This document shows, piece by piece, positions 1 through 36,900 of a DNA stretch of 64,000 bases. The stretch is from assembly GCF_964204645.1 (NCBI RefSeq), contig NC_134031.1, forward strand, positions 2,418,001 through 2,482,000. Reading direction: 5' to 3'. Every line of letters begins with the position of its first letter. Position 1 is the first letter of the stretch. Made by a program: the position numbers and the translations under genes. The stretch is from Tubulanus polymorphus. Its lineage: Eukaryota; Animalia; Nemertea. The notes under the pieces were generated by a model, which saw only the letters and a program-made list of their open reading frames with translations, had not been told where the DNA came from and ran no database searches.

Positions 1-381
1 TCAAGCGCGCTAATGTCGCTGCGGGTCGTTGGCCATGAAGCCAATACGTTGTCCTAGTTGAACGGCCAATATGACGATCAAGCATAAACCTCTATAGATT
101 CCAATGTGGTAGAAATCGACCCGTGCAGTAGTTGTAACGTTCAATGCTCGAGGGTTTCCCCTAGGACAGTCTGGTACAGAAACCAGGAACGACATCCCGG
201 AAAATGTGATAAAAACTCAGCCATGAAGTTTAATTTGATGAATTTTTTTTAATCATTTTCGTTTTTACAAAAACATACACATGTACATGTACTACATCCG
301 TCAAGAGAAATCGATATTTACTTAAATAAATGTACATATTATATTTACCGACATGTACTTGATTTAATCGCAGTTTGAAAC

Positions 382-387
382 TTTATT
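382..387 (-). terminator. Likely poly(A) signal of PSMC2 (AATAAA)
   Basis: AATAAA on the minus strand about 45 nt after the stop codon. Confidence 0.55.
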
Positions 388-430
388 TCTATATACACTA
401 ATTTCCTCTACAAACACTCGAGGAATGCAG

Positions 431-5962
<5,532 letters not shown>

Positions 5963-6026
5963 CTTTTCTCGCGTTGATTTCTCCTAATTTTTCGATATTT
6001 TGAGGAAATCTTCAGCACTGCTCTAA

Positions 6027-6066
6027 AGCGGAAGTGGAGACCGTGAGGAGTTCATACGCCGCGTCA
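6027..6066 (-). promoter_or_regulatory. PSMC2 proximal promoter: ETS/GABP motif and ARE-like element
   Basis: AGCGGAAGTG at 6027-6036; TGACGCGGC (TGACnnnGC) on the minus strand at 6058-6066; 65-105 bp upstream of the ATG. Confidence 0.45.
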
Positions 6067-6315
6067 GGCACAAATATCAATTCAATCCAATCCATACCAA
6101 CACTTAAAACAATGGAATATGAACGAATTTAGGGCTATTGAGTGCCAAGCAATAAACGTTCTTGTTATTCTGATCTTAATTGGAGAAAGGGTCTGCTTTT
6201 ACGCAAACTAATTGATTTCGAAATGGTATCAACGGAATCCGCTAGACGGCAGCTGCGTAGTTATGCATGAAAACAGGTGCGCGATGCTATATTGCATTCC
6301 TTGGTTTTAGAAAAT

Positions 6316-6452
6316 CCACCAGATGGCTAGTTAGTAGAAGGTGACTCAGTTTAAGAGTAATCAGTTAGAGGGCAAGTCAGTAGGGCTACTATAACGTTCA
6401 AGAACCAAGGCGGTAAACATGTTTCTGGTGTTAAAAAATCCACTAGAGGGCA
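6316..6452 (+). promoter_or_regulatory. CTCF-like motifs (forward orientation)
   Basis: CCACCAGATGGC at 6316-6327 and CCACTAGAGGGCA at 6440-6452 match the CTCF core CCACYAGRKGGC; a degenerate third copy lies near 6362. Confidence 0.55.
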
Positions 6453-7138
6453 AGTCAGAGGCAATTCCCTGATCAAGTAGTCAGGGTGATGTAGGAAAGA
6501 ATGATTTCCGCTTGATGAAGTAGAATCTTCATTTCCCGTAAAAGAAAAAAATGTTACTGTCACCAAAAAAGAATGAAAATTGATAAAATCGTTTCCAAGA
6601 AAATTTGGTTTATTCACCAATATATTTTTATTACAATTATGCAACAATTTATAGATTTTTTGTTTCCCAAATAAAATTGATCATCATCACATCATATTAT
6701 TCAATTCATTTTCAACTACAAATCGTAATAGTACACATGATCTTTATCTACAGTTGTTGTACACTAATGTTTGTTAATTAACTAATCAATTAAAATGACA
6801 TTATCTTCATTGAATGAAATATATTTCCAGTAAATCAATCAAGTTCTGTTCAGCATAAACAGAACAGGTTTAGGCACTGCACTGCTAACTCAAAAAGATA
6901 TGAAAATATTTGCCAGTCAGTTTTTTTTTTCATTTTGAGGCCACAGCCTCCTGGTATCAGGATCATCTCTATCAAAGCATCTACTGGTTTACAAAATAAT
7001 AACCATTGATAGCCGTCTGGGTAAGATAATATAAAATCTCACACAAGGAATGAAAGAATTAAGTTTTAAAAAGTTTCCTTTGAAATTGCGGTTTATCAAA
7101 AATTTCGACTTTACACCTTAATAGTCATATACATCAGT

Positions 7139-7183
7139 ATTCCTGAAGATGACTATTTGGACATAGTTGAAAGGTTGAATAAA
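7139..7183 (+). other. Degenerate minimal hammerhead ribozyme motif (Penelope pLTR remnant)
   Basis: ATTC-CTGAAGA-T-GACTAT-TTGGAC-ATAGTT-GAAA-GGTT-GAAT with an overlapping AATAAA. Confidence 0.45.
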
Positions 7184-10100
7184 CTGCTACTTATTCAAGA
7201 AAACTCAATTCTTTCATACTTAGCGTGGAATTTTATATAAGGGTACGCAAAGTAACCGGAATTTTAAGATCCGCCTTCATCAATGATGTTTATCAAATGT
7301 TAAACGAAATAGACGATGATCCCATAAAATAATTACACCTACATGATCGTTAAAAGTATATCGGTAAAAGCGTACGTTAAGAAACTACAGTATGGAAAAT
7401 CAGAAAAGAATTTATCGTCACCCTAACCTAAAAATGTAATGAGAAAAGCTGATCTTTACCTCTCAGAAGTATCAAAATATACAACCACAATTTTCTCAGA
7501 TATTAACTTATTTCAACACATTTTCTTTTTAGTAGAACACATACAAAAAAAAAATACATCAGGTATTCAAACCGTAAATCGAATCGTCTTATAATATCAT
7601 CTAAATAATGAGGAAATTTTCAACACGATTATATCAATTATGCGCCAGCACATACAAGTAGCAGCACTTAAATTATCAAAACTGAAAATGCACACGTCAA
7701 GTATAGCATTTTGCCTTTTTAGTGCACGATTAATTAAAACAGCATATGCCGCATATGCGTGTATGTGCGCCTTACACCAAAATTACTACACTTTACACCT
7801 AAACGTACAAAACCCTCTTAATCCAGATCAGTTTTAAGGCAAATTTTCCAGATACGATTTCCTAAGTCTGAAATGGCATCGGAATTACCTCAAAGTCTAA
7901 TCATATGCACCAAATAATCCGGATCAAGTTGGTTTTACCGTTTCCGTCTATCCGGTGCAAGCTGTACGAAGACCGTGAGACAGGCGACTACACCGCACGA
8001 AACTACCTAACATTCCATAAACGAAAATAATTTCAGTTAAATCTCGACCGTCCGAAGAACTTCATGAGCAGGAAAGCTGCGTCGATTGGCAAAATTGCGT
8101 ATAATACAGTGTAAAACTACAGTTAGGAGGAGGATAGCTAGCTATCTACGTAGAAACATTTCGTGAATAATAAATGCGAAGAGATACTAAATGCAATGTG
8201 CACAACAACTATAACGATCTGACAAAAATAAGCTTGATAGAACCGGACGATGTAGTTATCGTTGATTTCTTTATGCATCGACGTTCAAATAACACTGGCT
8301 ATATCGTGAAAAATGCCGCGCTAAAAACGGATTGAAATCTATCTTTTCTCAAAACAACAAGGATGGCTACCAAAAGTCAATGGATGAATTTCGTTTGTCA
8401 AATGATCCAAATTTAGCGGGTTCCACTGGCAGCTATCATTATACTGTATCTATTCATTGTTAATGAAATAAAATGATTGAATAAAATATATTGTACTTTT
8501 ACGGTGAACCAGCCCCACGAAAACAACAGCAGTTTTTTCATTTTTGTCGTTTTAAATTCACGGGATAAAAACCGATTGCATAGGAACACAACGTTCACGA
8601 TGGCTGCTAGCGCAGCACTCAATGGACCGTACGTACGGTGGACGGAGGCTAGAAATTATTTTCGATGTTCATTTCTACAAATTTGTGACGTAAAATAATC
8701 GGGAGAATGCGTTTTGAATCCAGTTAAAAAATACCGCGTAATGGTGAGAACAAATACAGCGGATCTTCGGTCTAATTACAGGTTCCTGCAGCCTGGACAC
8801 TGCAACCCCTCAGACAATCCATACTTTTGCAATCACCATCCAAACCTTAAATGTGTTCATGATTTCACCCAAGAGATTTGAATAGAAAATGCACAACAAA
8901 CACCTGGCGTTACAGATGGATTTCATCAGTGAACTTTCAAAAACTGATCGTCCACACTTCAGTTTTGACTCTGAGATGAGATAACTAAATCTAACCAAAC
9001 AGGGAAAAACATTTTATCAGCACACTCAATTATAGAGATCGTAAAGACTTAGGTGAATGACTGAAGCTACCAGTACCAGGCTGCAGATCGATAACCCGCA
9101 TAATAGATTCATGAACAAAGATGCAAAGCTAAGCAAGTTTGCACGAAAAATACATCATCTAAAGCACGAAATATCAGTGGAAAAAGCACAGGAATTCATC
9201 GTTATAAACGTGTCTGACATAAATTACTACTAAACCAGTATAACACGAGTATAGATATAATCTTTAACTAAACATATAGTTTGAAAATAAATGAAAATAT
9301 GAATAATCATAATAATAATAATAATCGCTATTTAATATATCGAACTAAATATTAAGATACACAAGTACTACAGGATCAACATACGTATTTAATGCGTACA
9401 TATATAGATATACATATATACACACATATACATTGAGTGTTAGAAAGAAAGTTGATTACAAAATAAATCATAGTTTTCCATGTCCAGCGCGACGTCAAGG
9501 GTTACCGGCCATTTTAAGTGCACATTTACCCAGTGTGCAAAGTAATGTTACCTGTAATATTAATCTATTGACGTTCTATCATTGCGATCGTGGAAATTCG
9601 AACAATCCCTAACATCTGTTGTTCAAAATCTTGAGAGAAAATCGCTAGCCAAATTACGGCGAAAACGACCCAACATCTGACATAATAATATCAAAGCAAA
9701 AAAACAATAATATTATAAACATTCTTCTAGAATCTAGCTATGGTTAAGACTTGTTTCTTGGACCAGCCATCGGTTGGCCGTACGTCGGCCGACAACATTA
9801 TCAAAAGGGTTTCCAGAAACCGAATATAGGATATATAATGATAATAATAATAATAATAATAATATAACAATAACATAATAATAATCAGTATTTACTGTGA
9901 CAGAAAGGTGAATGGATGATGAAAATATACTTATATCGTCAAAAAAGCTGAAACACCTTAATTCTACATACTACATGCACATAATATCCGTAAGATCGAT
10001 GTACTATCATCAATAGACATCAAAATTGAACTGGTCCCACAATTATTAGTAGCATACAATTCGGTATTTATGCGAACCGATTTTATCGGACTGAAATGAC

Positions 10101-12162
10101 CCGACAAGAAGCCAGTTTCAACATAGGTCGCGACCACCTGGAGATGATCTGACCCATGCCAGACCAGAGTCAAATTTTTCAGCACCAGTGCGAATGGCTG
10201 GCTTGGGCCGTATCTCGCACAGGCTTAATTTGGTCTCGGTCAAAAACACTTGGGTGATCACGGCAATAGGCTTGTATTCTTACATAGTATAACTATCTAT
10301 AACCAGGGTAGTTTCCTCGCTCAAATCAATTGCTGAAAATTATGACATCAATACACACGATACAACAATGATAATAATAATCATAATCATAATCATAATA
10401 ATACTATCAATATGTAGAAGTAAACCAGACTTTCGCAATAGAAGAGTCGCAAAAATAAAAAATGCCCAGCACATAATGTAATAATCAACTCTATGCTATT
10501 ATCATTCATTGTGTAACAATAGGTTTGTGCATCCTGCGCACAGAGAACTAATTAACTAATTAAATTCATTTCATTGAGCTACGGCTGCTATTGGACGTTT
10601 CATTATTATGCTCGTTTTTATTTTTTTCGATTACCGGTACTTCCTTTGAGAAAAGCGAATCGGGATTTTAAAAAAGAAGCCCTCCGACCTCGTATCACGT
10701 TTACAGATTATGCGTCAAGGGAATAGAAGGGGCACACCAGGAGCCAATCGAGGGCACGCCAGGGCCCGATTTAAGACCAACGCTTAATTACAACCATTAA
10801 TTTAAATCTAACAACCATGGAACCAAGTCCAGATTTAGTTTTAAGTTTAGTTAATCTGAATTAACCCCCCGGTTCTACAGGTATTCAATAAACTATATCC
10901 AGCTTAATCGAACCCTGCCTATATATACCTGCACATATAGACATACCTTCATACCAAGTTGATAGATTCACGAACTGCGCATAAAATCATCATTATATAT
11001 AAAATGTAAAAATTAGAAAGAAGTTAAATAAATTTCTGAATGATCGAAGAAGCAACAGTCACAGACTGGTTTATATCGATATCAAATCTTAATTCATGCT
11101 CAATAAGGTAACGACTAAAATCATATGCAGACCAGATTACCCAACATATCTCTATATCTACATAGTAGTTTAATAGAAAATAGAAGTTTAATTGAAAATG
11201 AACTAGATATAATTCTGATTTTGGGAGTATTTTTTGGAAACTACTCACAGATAGTAGTCGCCGAGTTACATCTATCTATGCATTCTTATTCAACGTGTTT
11301 AGACTGCTACATTATAACTATTCTAAAATCTAGACTCCGTAAAGTAGACTCCGCGGTTTTTTCAGTTGGTTCACTTGTTGGGACTGGAAAAATGTCATCT
11401 GGAAGTCGATGGAATAGCGATAAGAGTTCGGACTCAAGTCACTGGGAAAAGGATAACGTCAACCAATAGATAAAAGTGAGGAGTCTACCGAAGTGCTGAG
11501 GAATTTGTGCCAAAAACCTCAGCGTATCGAAACTGATTGCTAAAATGTTCAAGCAATGGTCTAGAGACTATGGACGTATGTGCCGAAAGGTGACGCAACT
11601 AGTAGCAGTCTTCTAACTAAGCCTAGTAGGATACTGACTTCCCGAATAAACTCAAGTTTTGAGGTTAAAATGTTCACGAGCGGAGCAAACGCAGGATAAG
11701 TCATTCAAGCTATCTGCCAAGGTTGAAGTCGTCATTCGGATTGAAAAAGTTATGAAGATCGTTCGACCCTTAAGAGAAATTACCTTTAGCGCAGTAACGA
11801 AGGAATATGCGCTAAACTCGTATATCATTATTGCCGTCGTGTCAAAAACATCATTTTGCGGATTTAACAATTTGAAACATTTTCATTTTAACGACATTTT
11901 ACGACGAAACCGATAATAACATCATATTACATTCAGGTGTTTTTTTTTTCGAAAAATATAAATCACGTAGAATCGATGTTGAAAGTGCGAGTGACTCCTA
12001 TCCATCAATATATTGCGTGTGCAACTATAACAATTTGTCTACTGTTTAGATTCGAAAAATAAAATACCGTACAATGAGAGTACGAATCGTCATTTGTTGC
12101 GTCATATCGATATTTGCGTGATCGATTACGTGGAACTTTCAGTAAATATAAAACAAAACCAG

Positions 12163-12387
12163 CAGGGGCGGATCTAGGGGTTGGTTCGCGGACTGCCTTC
12201 CCAACGAGTTTGCCCTATCTGTGAAACAATGATCGTTGAAACCTGCGCCAGATTCGACACTCATCCTCTCGGAAATTGCATCTTTCCAGACGCTTATCTT
12301 CAAAACATTCTTTAGGCACTTCATTCCGAGGAAAGCCCTTACTTTTCTGTTAGACGCCGCCTTCCGATATTCCTAGATTTGCCCCTG
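12163..12387. mobile_element. hAT-like MITE
   Basis: TIRs CAGGGGCGGATCTAGG / CCTAGATTTGCCCCTG; flanks ACCAG / CCCAG. Confidence 0.7.
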
Positions 12388-12985
12388 CCCAGAGGCCATT
12401 CGTGAAATTTGTACGCAAAATTTTGTCGATTTCAAAATACTTGGGACGTGGGTTTTATCTCACCTAATAGACGCGTATACATACTTTGTGAATGGCCCCG
12501 CAATGTGAACTAACATAACATGTACATATATCATCTGTAAGTGTAAGTAAATTGTATCAGCAGTGACCAAAGTGCAAACATGTCATAGTAACGTATCATA
12601 GCTTACTGCGAATAAAAAACATCCCAACCGTTCAAGTTTTCAATTCTCTGTACGGAAAAAACAAGCACGTAACCTGGACGGATGTATATGAAATATCAAT
12701 CCCGCGATTAGTTCGCTCGATCTTGCAGTATGTTTAATTGTTTACTGAAACTCGATGAGACGACACTCTCCCGAGACTGCGTTGCCGTCGTTGAATATAG
12801 AGATCGAAACGCTCAGCGATAAGATTCTAGAGTGCCGCGCGACTAAATGTCACTATCGCGATGATCAGCAGAGTTTAGAAGCGCGCCGAGCGGGAACTAT
12901 TGAAATGAAGGCAGCGGTAATGCTTCAATGAGAAACAATTCAAGTATCGAGTCATGGACGATGCATTCAGTTCATAAAAGAACAA

Positions 12986-13150
12986 GTACGTTCAACACTT
13001 ACATGTACATTCAACATGTCACATGTGCATTCAACATGTCACATGTACATTCAACACGTCAAATGCACATTCAACACGTCAAATGCACATTCAACATGTC
13101 AAATGTACATTTAACATGTCACATTTACGTTCAACACATCACATGCACAT
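12986..13150. repeat. 20-bp minisatellite, about 8 copies
   Basis: Unit ACATGTACATTCAACATGTC with variants. Confidence 0.85.
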
Positions 13151-14020
13151 GTTATAAATGATACATGTAATATACATAACATAGTCGACTATATACAATA
13201 ATATTTTACACAGTAATTGCGCCTATATTAGTTTCATATAACATGATGATGATACACTACAATTTTACAGTATTTTACACACCACAGAGAAAAAATAAAA
13301 TCATTCCCGTACGGAGAGCGCGGACCCTGTAGACCTTACATGTACAGTATGTACGCGGTATAAACTCTGTTATAGATAAATCATATATCATATCGTATAT
13401 CATATCATAGCTATCTCTCGGCTACAAAATGAAGTATTGAATTCTGAAATTTCTTTTTGAATTCTTTCATTTGCGAATGTCTACTTGAGCTAACCGACGC
13501 CATTTCTTCAAGTCACGCGGAACCAATTCCTTCTATGAATCAAATTTTCATAAAAATATTGCCTGTTAACAGTCTATACGCCTCGTCACAAAGGGGTCCA
13601 GCGAGTGCGATCCTCGTACAAAACCAAATCTCAGAAGGAATGACAACTAATGTTTCATCATCAAACGACGGATATCTCGATGTCTGAGCGCAGCGCGAAC
13701 AGTAGACACATCATACATCTTGATACAAGACACACACTCACGCACACGACTCTTAAGACAGCAGCACCGAAAAACAAAGCAGTGTAACTTCAACCTCAAC
13801 CGGACGGTAAAGGCTGGCTACACCTCTAAACACCTCTCATAGTTATCTCCTTCAACAGCCGCGCGTCCCGAGATAAACCGCTAGAACATTCAATACACGT
13901 TCCGCTCATTGCCGTTCATTCCACAAAGTATTGAGTTCATATACAGCACAAACATTCCACATGTTTCAGTTTAAGTTTTTAGTGCGCGTGACAACGTGGT
14001 GCGCTTCACTGAGTGTGAGA

Positions 14021-14064
14021 GCCATCTGGTGACTGTTATTCACTGTTGTGAGAGCCATCTGGTG
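14021..14064 (-). promoter_or_regulatory. Tandem CTCF-like motifs (reverse orientation)
   Basis: GCCATCTGGTG at 14021-14031 and 14054-14064 (reverse complement CACCAGATGGC) inside a 33-bp direct repeat. A further reverse site CAACCAGGGGGCAGTAG lies at 16311-16327. Confidence 0.5.
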
Positions 14065-14179
14065 ACCGTTTTTAAGCGAACATCGATCAATACATAAACG
14101 TTTTATGATATATTTATATTTCGTTCTTTTCTCATCGTGCGTAGTTTTGTTTCACGCGGTGCGGCTCACGCCCGCTCGT

Positions 14180-32130
<17,951 letters not shown>

Positions 32131-32715
32131 TTTGATTTTTTCCACACTTCAGGGGAGCGTCTCAAAATGGAATAATCTATCTATCGTATCGCGTCCGCAG
32201 GCAGCCGGTTTGGCCTAGATAAGTCTATTCAAGACTTAGATAGTGACCTAATCGTTCTCTTTCATAATCGGATTGGCGTATTACCAATTATTAGTGATTT
32301 GTGAAATTCCAATCATGAAACCGAAAAAAGTGGCTGGAACAACGTTAAAACGTTAGTTGACTAAGAAATGAATTAAAACAAAGTCTAGATATTCATCGGC
32401 ACAATCATATGCATTATTTTAATGTCCACAATTGCCAATAGTTCTTTTATGTGATGAATTTGGGTCTGAATTTGAGATCAGAACATGGACATGCCAAATA
32501 GTCACTATAATGAACTATTAGAACGCTGAGATGCTCCCTTTAGTATATTACTACGCGTTAGATCGTTACTTCTAAATCGCGATTTTTCTCGCACGTAATG
32601 AAATGGCCCCGCATTGTTTAAATGTTGTCACTTTAATTTTTCAAGTCAGTCGGATCTGTTTGATTTTCGTTGGTAAAGATTCATGATTTGGCATGAAACC
32701 GAAGTGCGCGCGTCC

Positions 32716-32793
32716 ATTGCTAGGCAACGCAATTATAATAATGTAAACATACAATATACGCGCGAATTACGAAATGAATTGAGTTCGAATCCC
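32716..32793. promoter_or_regulatory. FoxJ2/3 upstream motifs: X-box, forkhead site, B-box
   Basis: GTTGCCTAGCAAT (minus, 32716-32728), TGTAAACA (32742-32749), GTTCGAATCCC (32783-32793) in a CpG-containing stretch about 600 bp upstream of the ATG. Confidence 0.45.
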
Positions 32794-33921
32794 AGAAAGT
32801 CAATAGTTTGCATTCGAATAAAATTACTCTGCTTCTAGAATCAATAAGTGAACTAAAAAGGGAGAAGAATTGCGATATTTTCAATAGACGAAATCCATAA
32901 ATTTCAGCAATTCACAAAAACTAATGAATAATCAAAAATGTTTGTTTTATTATTCAAATAAAAGAAAAACGTACCTACAAATAATTACTATGAATTAACT
33001 ATCATTAAGTTTTTTCGTAACCATATGTGTAACATACCTTATTCATAGTGCATTTCAACGGAAAATATAAAAATACTCAAAAATAACAATTGATGCCAAC
33101 AATCACAGTAAAGATGAACAATAGAAATCTGCCTATATACATAAGCTAACAAAATGACAGTGAATACCATGGTATATATATATCGGTGCCCATATTATCA
33201 TTATATTATCTAAGCTATTAATCAAAGCCGCAAAAAAATTGGTAAAACATGTCAGTTAAAGGTGCCAAGCAAAGACTAGAAAATGTTCAAGTTTCGAAAT
33301 TTAATAAAAGAAAGAAGTTTTTCATCATGTCTCAGCAACCGTAGCCTAAGACGACTAGAACATACAAATTTGGTTATCGAATTCAATAACGAAATTTTCT
33401 AAAGAATCAAAACATTGAGAACAGATCAAAAAGTCAGCACAATTCTAAATAATCAATTTAGGAAAATATAAGCTTACAATATGAGTGTGAAAAAAAATCC
33501 TATTTCGTTTTTTTGTCTTAGACTTTAAAGCTACAAAGCTAACTGGATTACAAAACATGTACATAATTTCACAGCATTACATATAGAGAAGTGACCGATT
33601 TTTGAACACTTTTCCACAACCTTTATGAAAAACTCCATAATACTTATTTTCGGCAGTGAATTCTGCATACGACGGATAAACTGGCGAAGATAATGAACGA
33701 TCTTACTATTGATTATATCAAAAGTTTATTTTTCTCGCTGTTAGTGTTTCTCTGAATATCGGATTTAGATAAATCTCAAAACTGTCGGATAGATAAACTT
33801 TTTTATCATCAATTGTGAGATTCTCGTTGATTTCTGCATATATCGATATACAATGAATGGAAGCACCAGTAATGAGCATCAAATGCATGTAAAATGCAAA
33901 GATATAATGCCCCCGATATTA

Positions 33922-36900
33922 TCAGGTATTTTTTACGATAAATTCCCTTTCTTCGGGCGATATTTGTTGTAAACTCTGATCGATTTGTGTCAATATCGCG
34001 TCGAGTTGAAGTAAACCATTTCGCAGCAGCAGTCTGAAATAAAAGAGAAAATTAATGCCCTCAAAAAAAAGATGCTCAAATCCTTATCGCCCAGAATGAA
34101 ACGCGGAATTCAAACCATACCTGTTCTCTTCATCGGCATAAAGAACTAACAAATGATTGGCGTCAACGTCGGGACAAGAATTCTGAAAACATATTCATGA
34201 TGTCAGCATATATTTCAGTTACCAGGGGCTGTCCATAAACGATGTCCGAGGTCTTTGGACTTTTGTAGCCAAGGGGAGGGGGTTCGTTGTTCGGATGTGG
34301 ATATCTTAATTCCTGTGAGCCATAACAAATCATTTAGTGCATAACAGGGATGAGTACTTCAACTTTGAATTAGGACAGAAATAGTTCACATACATGTATA
34401 TGCATACTTTCAAGATAATGTATGGAATAACAAACTGTAGTTCAGAGAGATTGATAAATGAATAAGTGAATTGAAAAACATTAGTGTAACATCTAGCATT
34501 GTTAAAGGCTGCAACAAGCCTTCTTGGGATTGTAGGAATGAAATGATCCAATATGGATCTACGTAAGTTAGATGGATCCAACTTTGAGCCGAATCTACAT
34601 TGTTACTTTGCCAGTATCCGAATAGCCATAGAAGCGATAACACTAAAAACCTCATTTTCTAATGAGTAAATACAGTTTATTAACACGACCGTTTTCGGGA
34701 TCATATCCCCTCATCGGGTGAAATACAAGTGAATCAAATGATCAAAGTATTACTTGGTTTGTAATTAGCTTAGAATTTAGCAATTGTAATTTTGTAACTT
34801 ATGTTGTATATGAACCTGTAGTTTAATCATTTGATTCACTTGTATTTCACCTGATGAGGGTTTAGTGTTATCGCTTCTATGGCTATTCGGATACTTGAAC
34901 TCTCTTCCTAAGATCTACTTTGCCAGTAGCTCTGCAAATTGATCAATTATCTATTCATCGCAAATTTACCTCTGTATCGAGGGCAGGAAGGATCAAATTC
35001 AATGCATTGCCGAGTTCATCGAATATGAGTTTATGATTGAGACAATCTTCAACAGCCAGGTTCAACATACTAAAATATACAGAAACAGGCAGCCATTGGT
35101 TAGATGTATAAACAAAGTTTAACTGATTTTCGATGTACATCTGGAAAAATGGGGAAAAGTTGGCAGCTCAGCTGAAAAGCCCTAAACTTAAATTAAAACT
35201 TACTTGACATATAAAGTGCGCAGCTGTGAGACAGCTGGTAATAACTTGGAAGTAAATATCACAGTTTGCTCGTGTGTCGGGATTTCCGTGGACGAAATGG
35301 ATGTGTTTAAACCTATAAACTGGCAAACCTGTTTCCTGAAACAGCATAAAGGGATCGTTAAATTCTTTACCATCTAAAAATCAACTTTTACCAGTTACCA
35401 TTTATCTCAGCCCAACTGGTGCCATTTTAAAATCACATCTCAAAACTTTGACGTTTCATAACGCTTTTACCAGCTAAAAAGGCTTTTACCGGTATTCAAG
35501 AGTTCTTCATGCACTGTTTGATATTGTTAAGTGCAGTGAGTCATCATAATTCAGAAAATAACGCTTTATAAAAATGAAATTTATCATTATCAATACCGAG
35601 GTTTAATTATTACACTTACGCCATCGTGCTCAGAGTCGACCAAACGTTTTGGAATTTTTGTTTGCCGATGTTGATTAAGTATTGCCGCTGTTCTTCAGGA
35701 AGTTTAGCGACTGCGCACATCACCGGTGCTGCAGCTGCTGCCGGTTGATTCGATTCGTGCTCTAAGGGTGGAGTAATACACGGTGGTGTGCATGGCGGAC
35801 TGCAACCGGTTAATTTCGTAGCCATCACTTCATCCTCATCGTCCAAAATAACGGCACCAGGCGTCTGCTGAGAGGAGACTTCATTTCTCAGATTCTGTAA
35901 AAGAAAACATCATCGGTTTTCATCGAATCGTTTTTTTGTATCTAAACCGAAATTTTCTTGTTTGTATCGTCTTTTACCATCATAAATGATTCGTATGTCT
36001 CGTGCTCTTCTACGTTGACGCCGATTAATTTCTGACAAGCCGCCGACAAGAAATCCAAATTTCCGATGACGCGTTTAGCGTGTTCTGCATAACTGAAAAA
36101 TATCGTTTTGAGAATGTCAGAGGAGCGGGAGATTGTCCATGACAACAGTAGACGTAATCATAATAATCCTTACCAGCTTCCTTTCAAAGGATCGATCAGA
36201 CTGTTTGATGCGCTCAAAACATTCGAAAAATCGTCAAAACTGAGCACAGCTGCAAACAGTAAATTTAAAGAAGAACAATATAGTACTATTTAATTCTCAT
36301 TTGGTGGGTGGATCATTTTAGGATATGAGGAATTCATTCTTTACCATTGTCAACTTTGAAATACTGCTGTAATTGTTTGACGTAATCCTCTAGCGACCGC
36401 CCGAATAAATTTCCAAAAACAGCGATCCAATGCCTAAAAGTAGTATCATGAATTTCGAGTTTCATCATTCATAAAGAGTCTATGAATAGTAAACTAGAAA
36501 GTTTAGAAGATGTAGCAGTTATAGCAAGTTGGGTTGCGTGATACTCACTTGTTAAGGCACTCTAAAATATCGTGAAATGTCAATGGTGGTTTTCGTATGA
36601 TAACTGTTTGCCTGGATAGAAAAAGATTCAACCAGTGAAACAACAAACTACACTTCAATCCGTGTATGAAGAAGTAATGGATGGTTCCTCGTACTACTGA
36701 CCACAGTTCTTTATAGATTTTCTTCATTTCTATTTCAATGACCCTTGCCAGAAAATCACGAAGCACGGTCTGCAAGTCACATACCAGTCCACGTCTCTAT
36801 CAAAAAACAAAGTAAGAATTCATCGAAATGGGCGCCGAATTTCTATAATAACTTTGGTTACTTTGGGAATATTTTACTTACGAAGTTCACTTTCCTCGTA

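Larger units (their letters stand above)
6590..14179 (-). other. Probable very long 3' UTR of FoxJ2/3
   Basis: About 7.5 kb after the stop codon with no credible ORF, U-rich on the minus strand, low in MITEs, ending near AATAAA hexamers at about 6609-6632. Confidence 0.5.

Noticed and set aside
10-195. 61-aa minus-strand ORF
   Set aside because: No recognisable family or splice context; it may belong to a neighbouring gene outside the window but cannot be supported.
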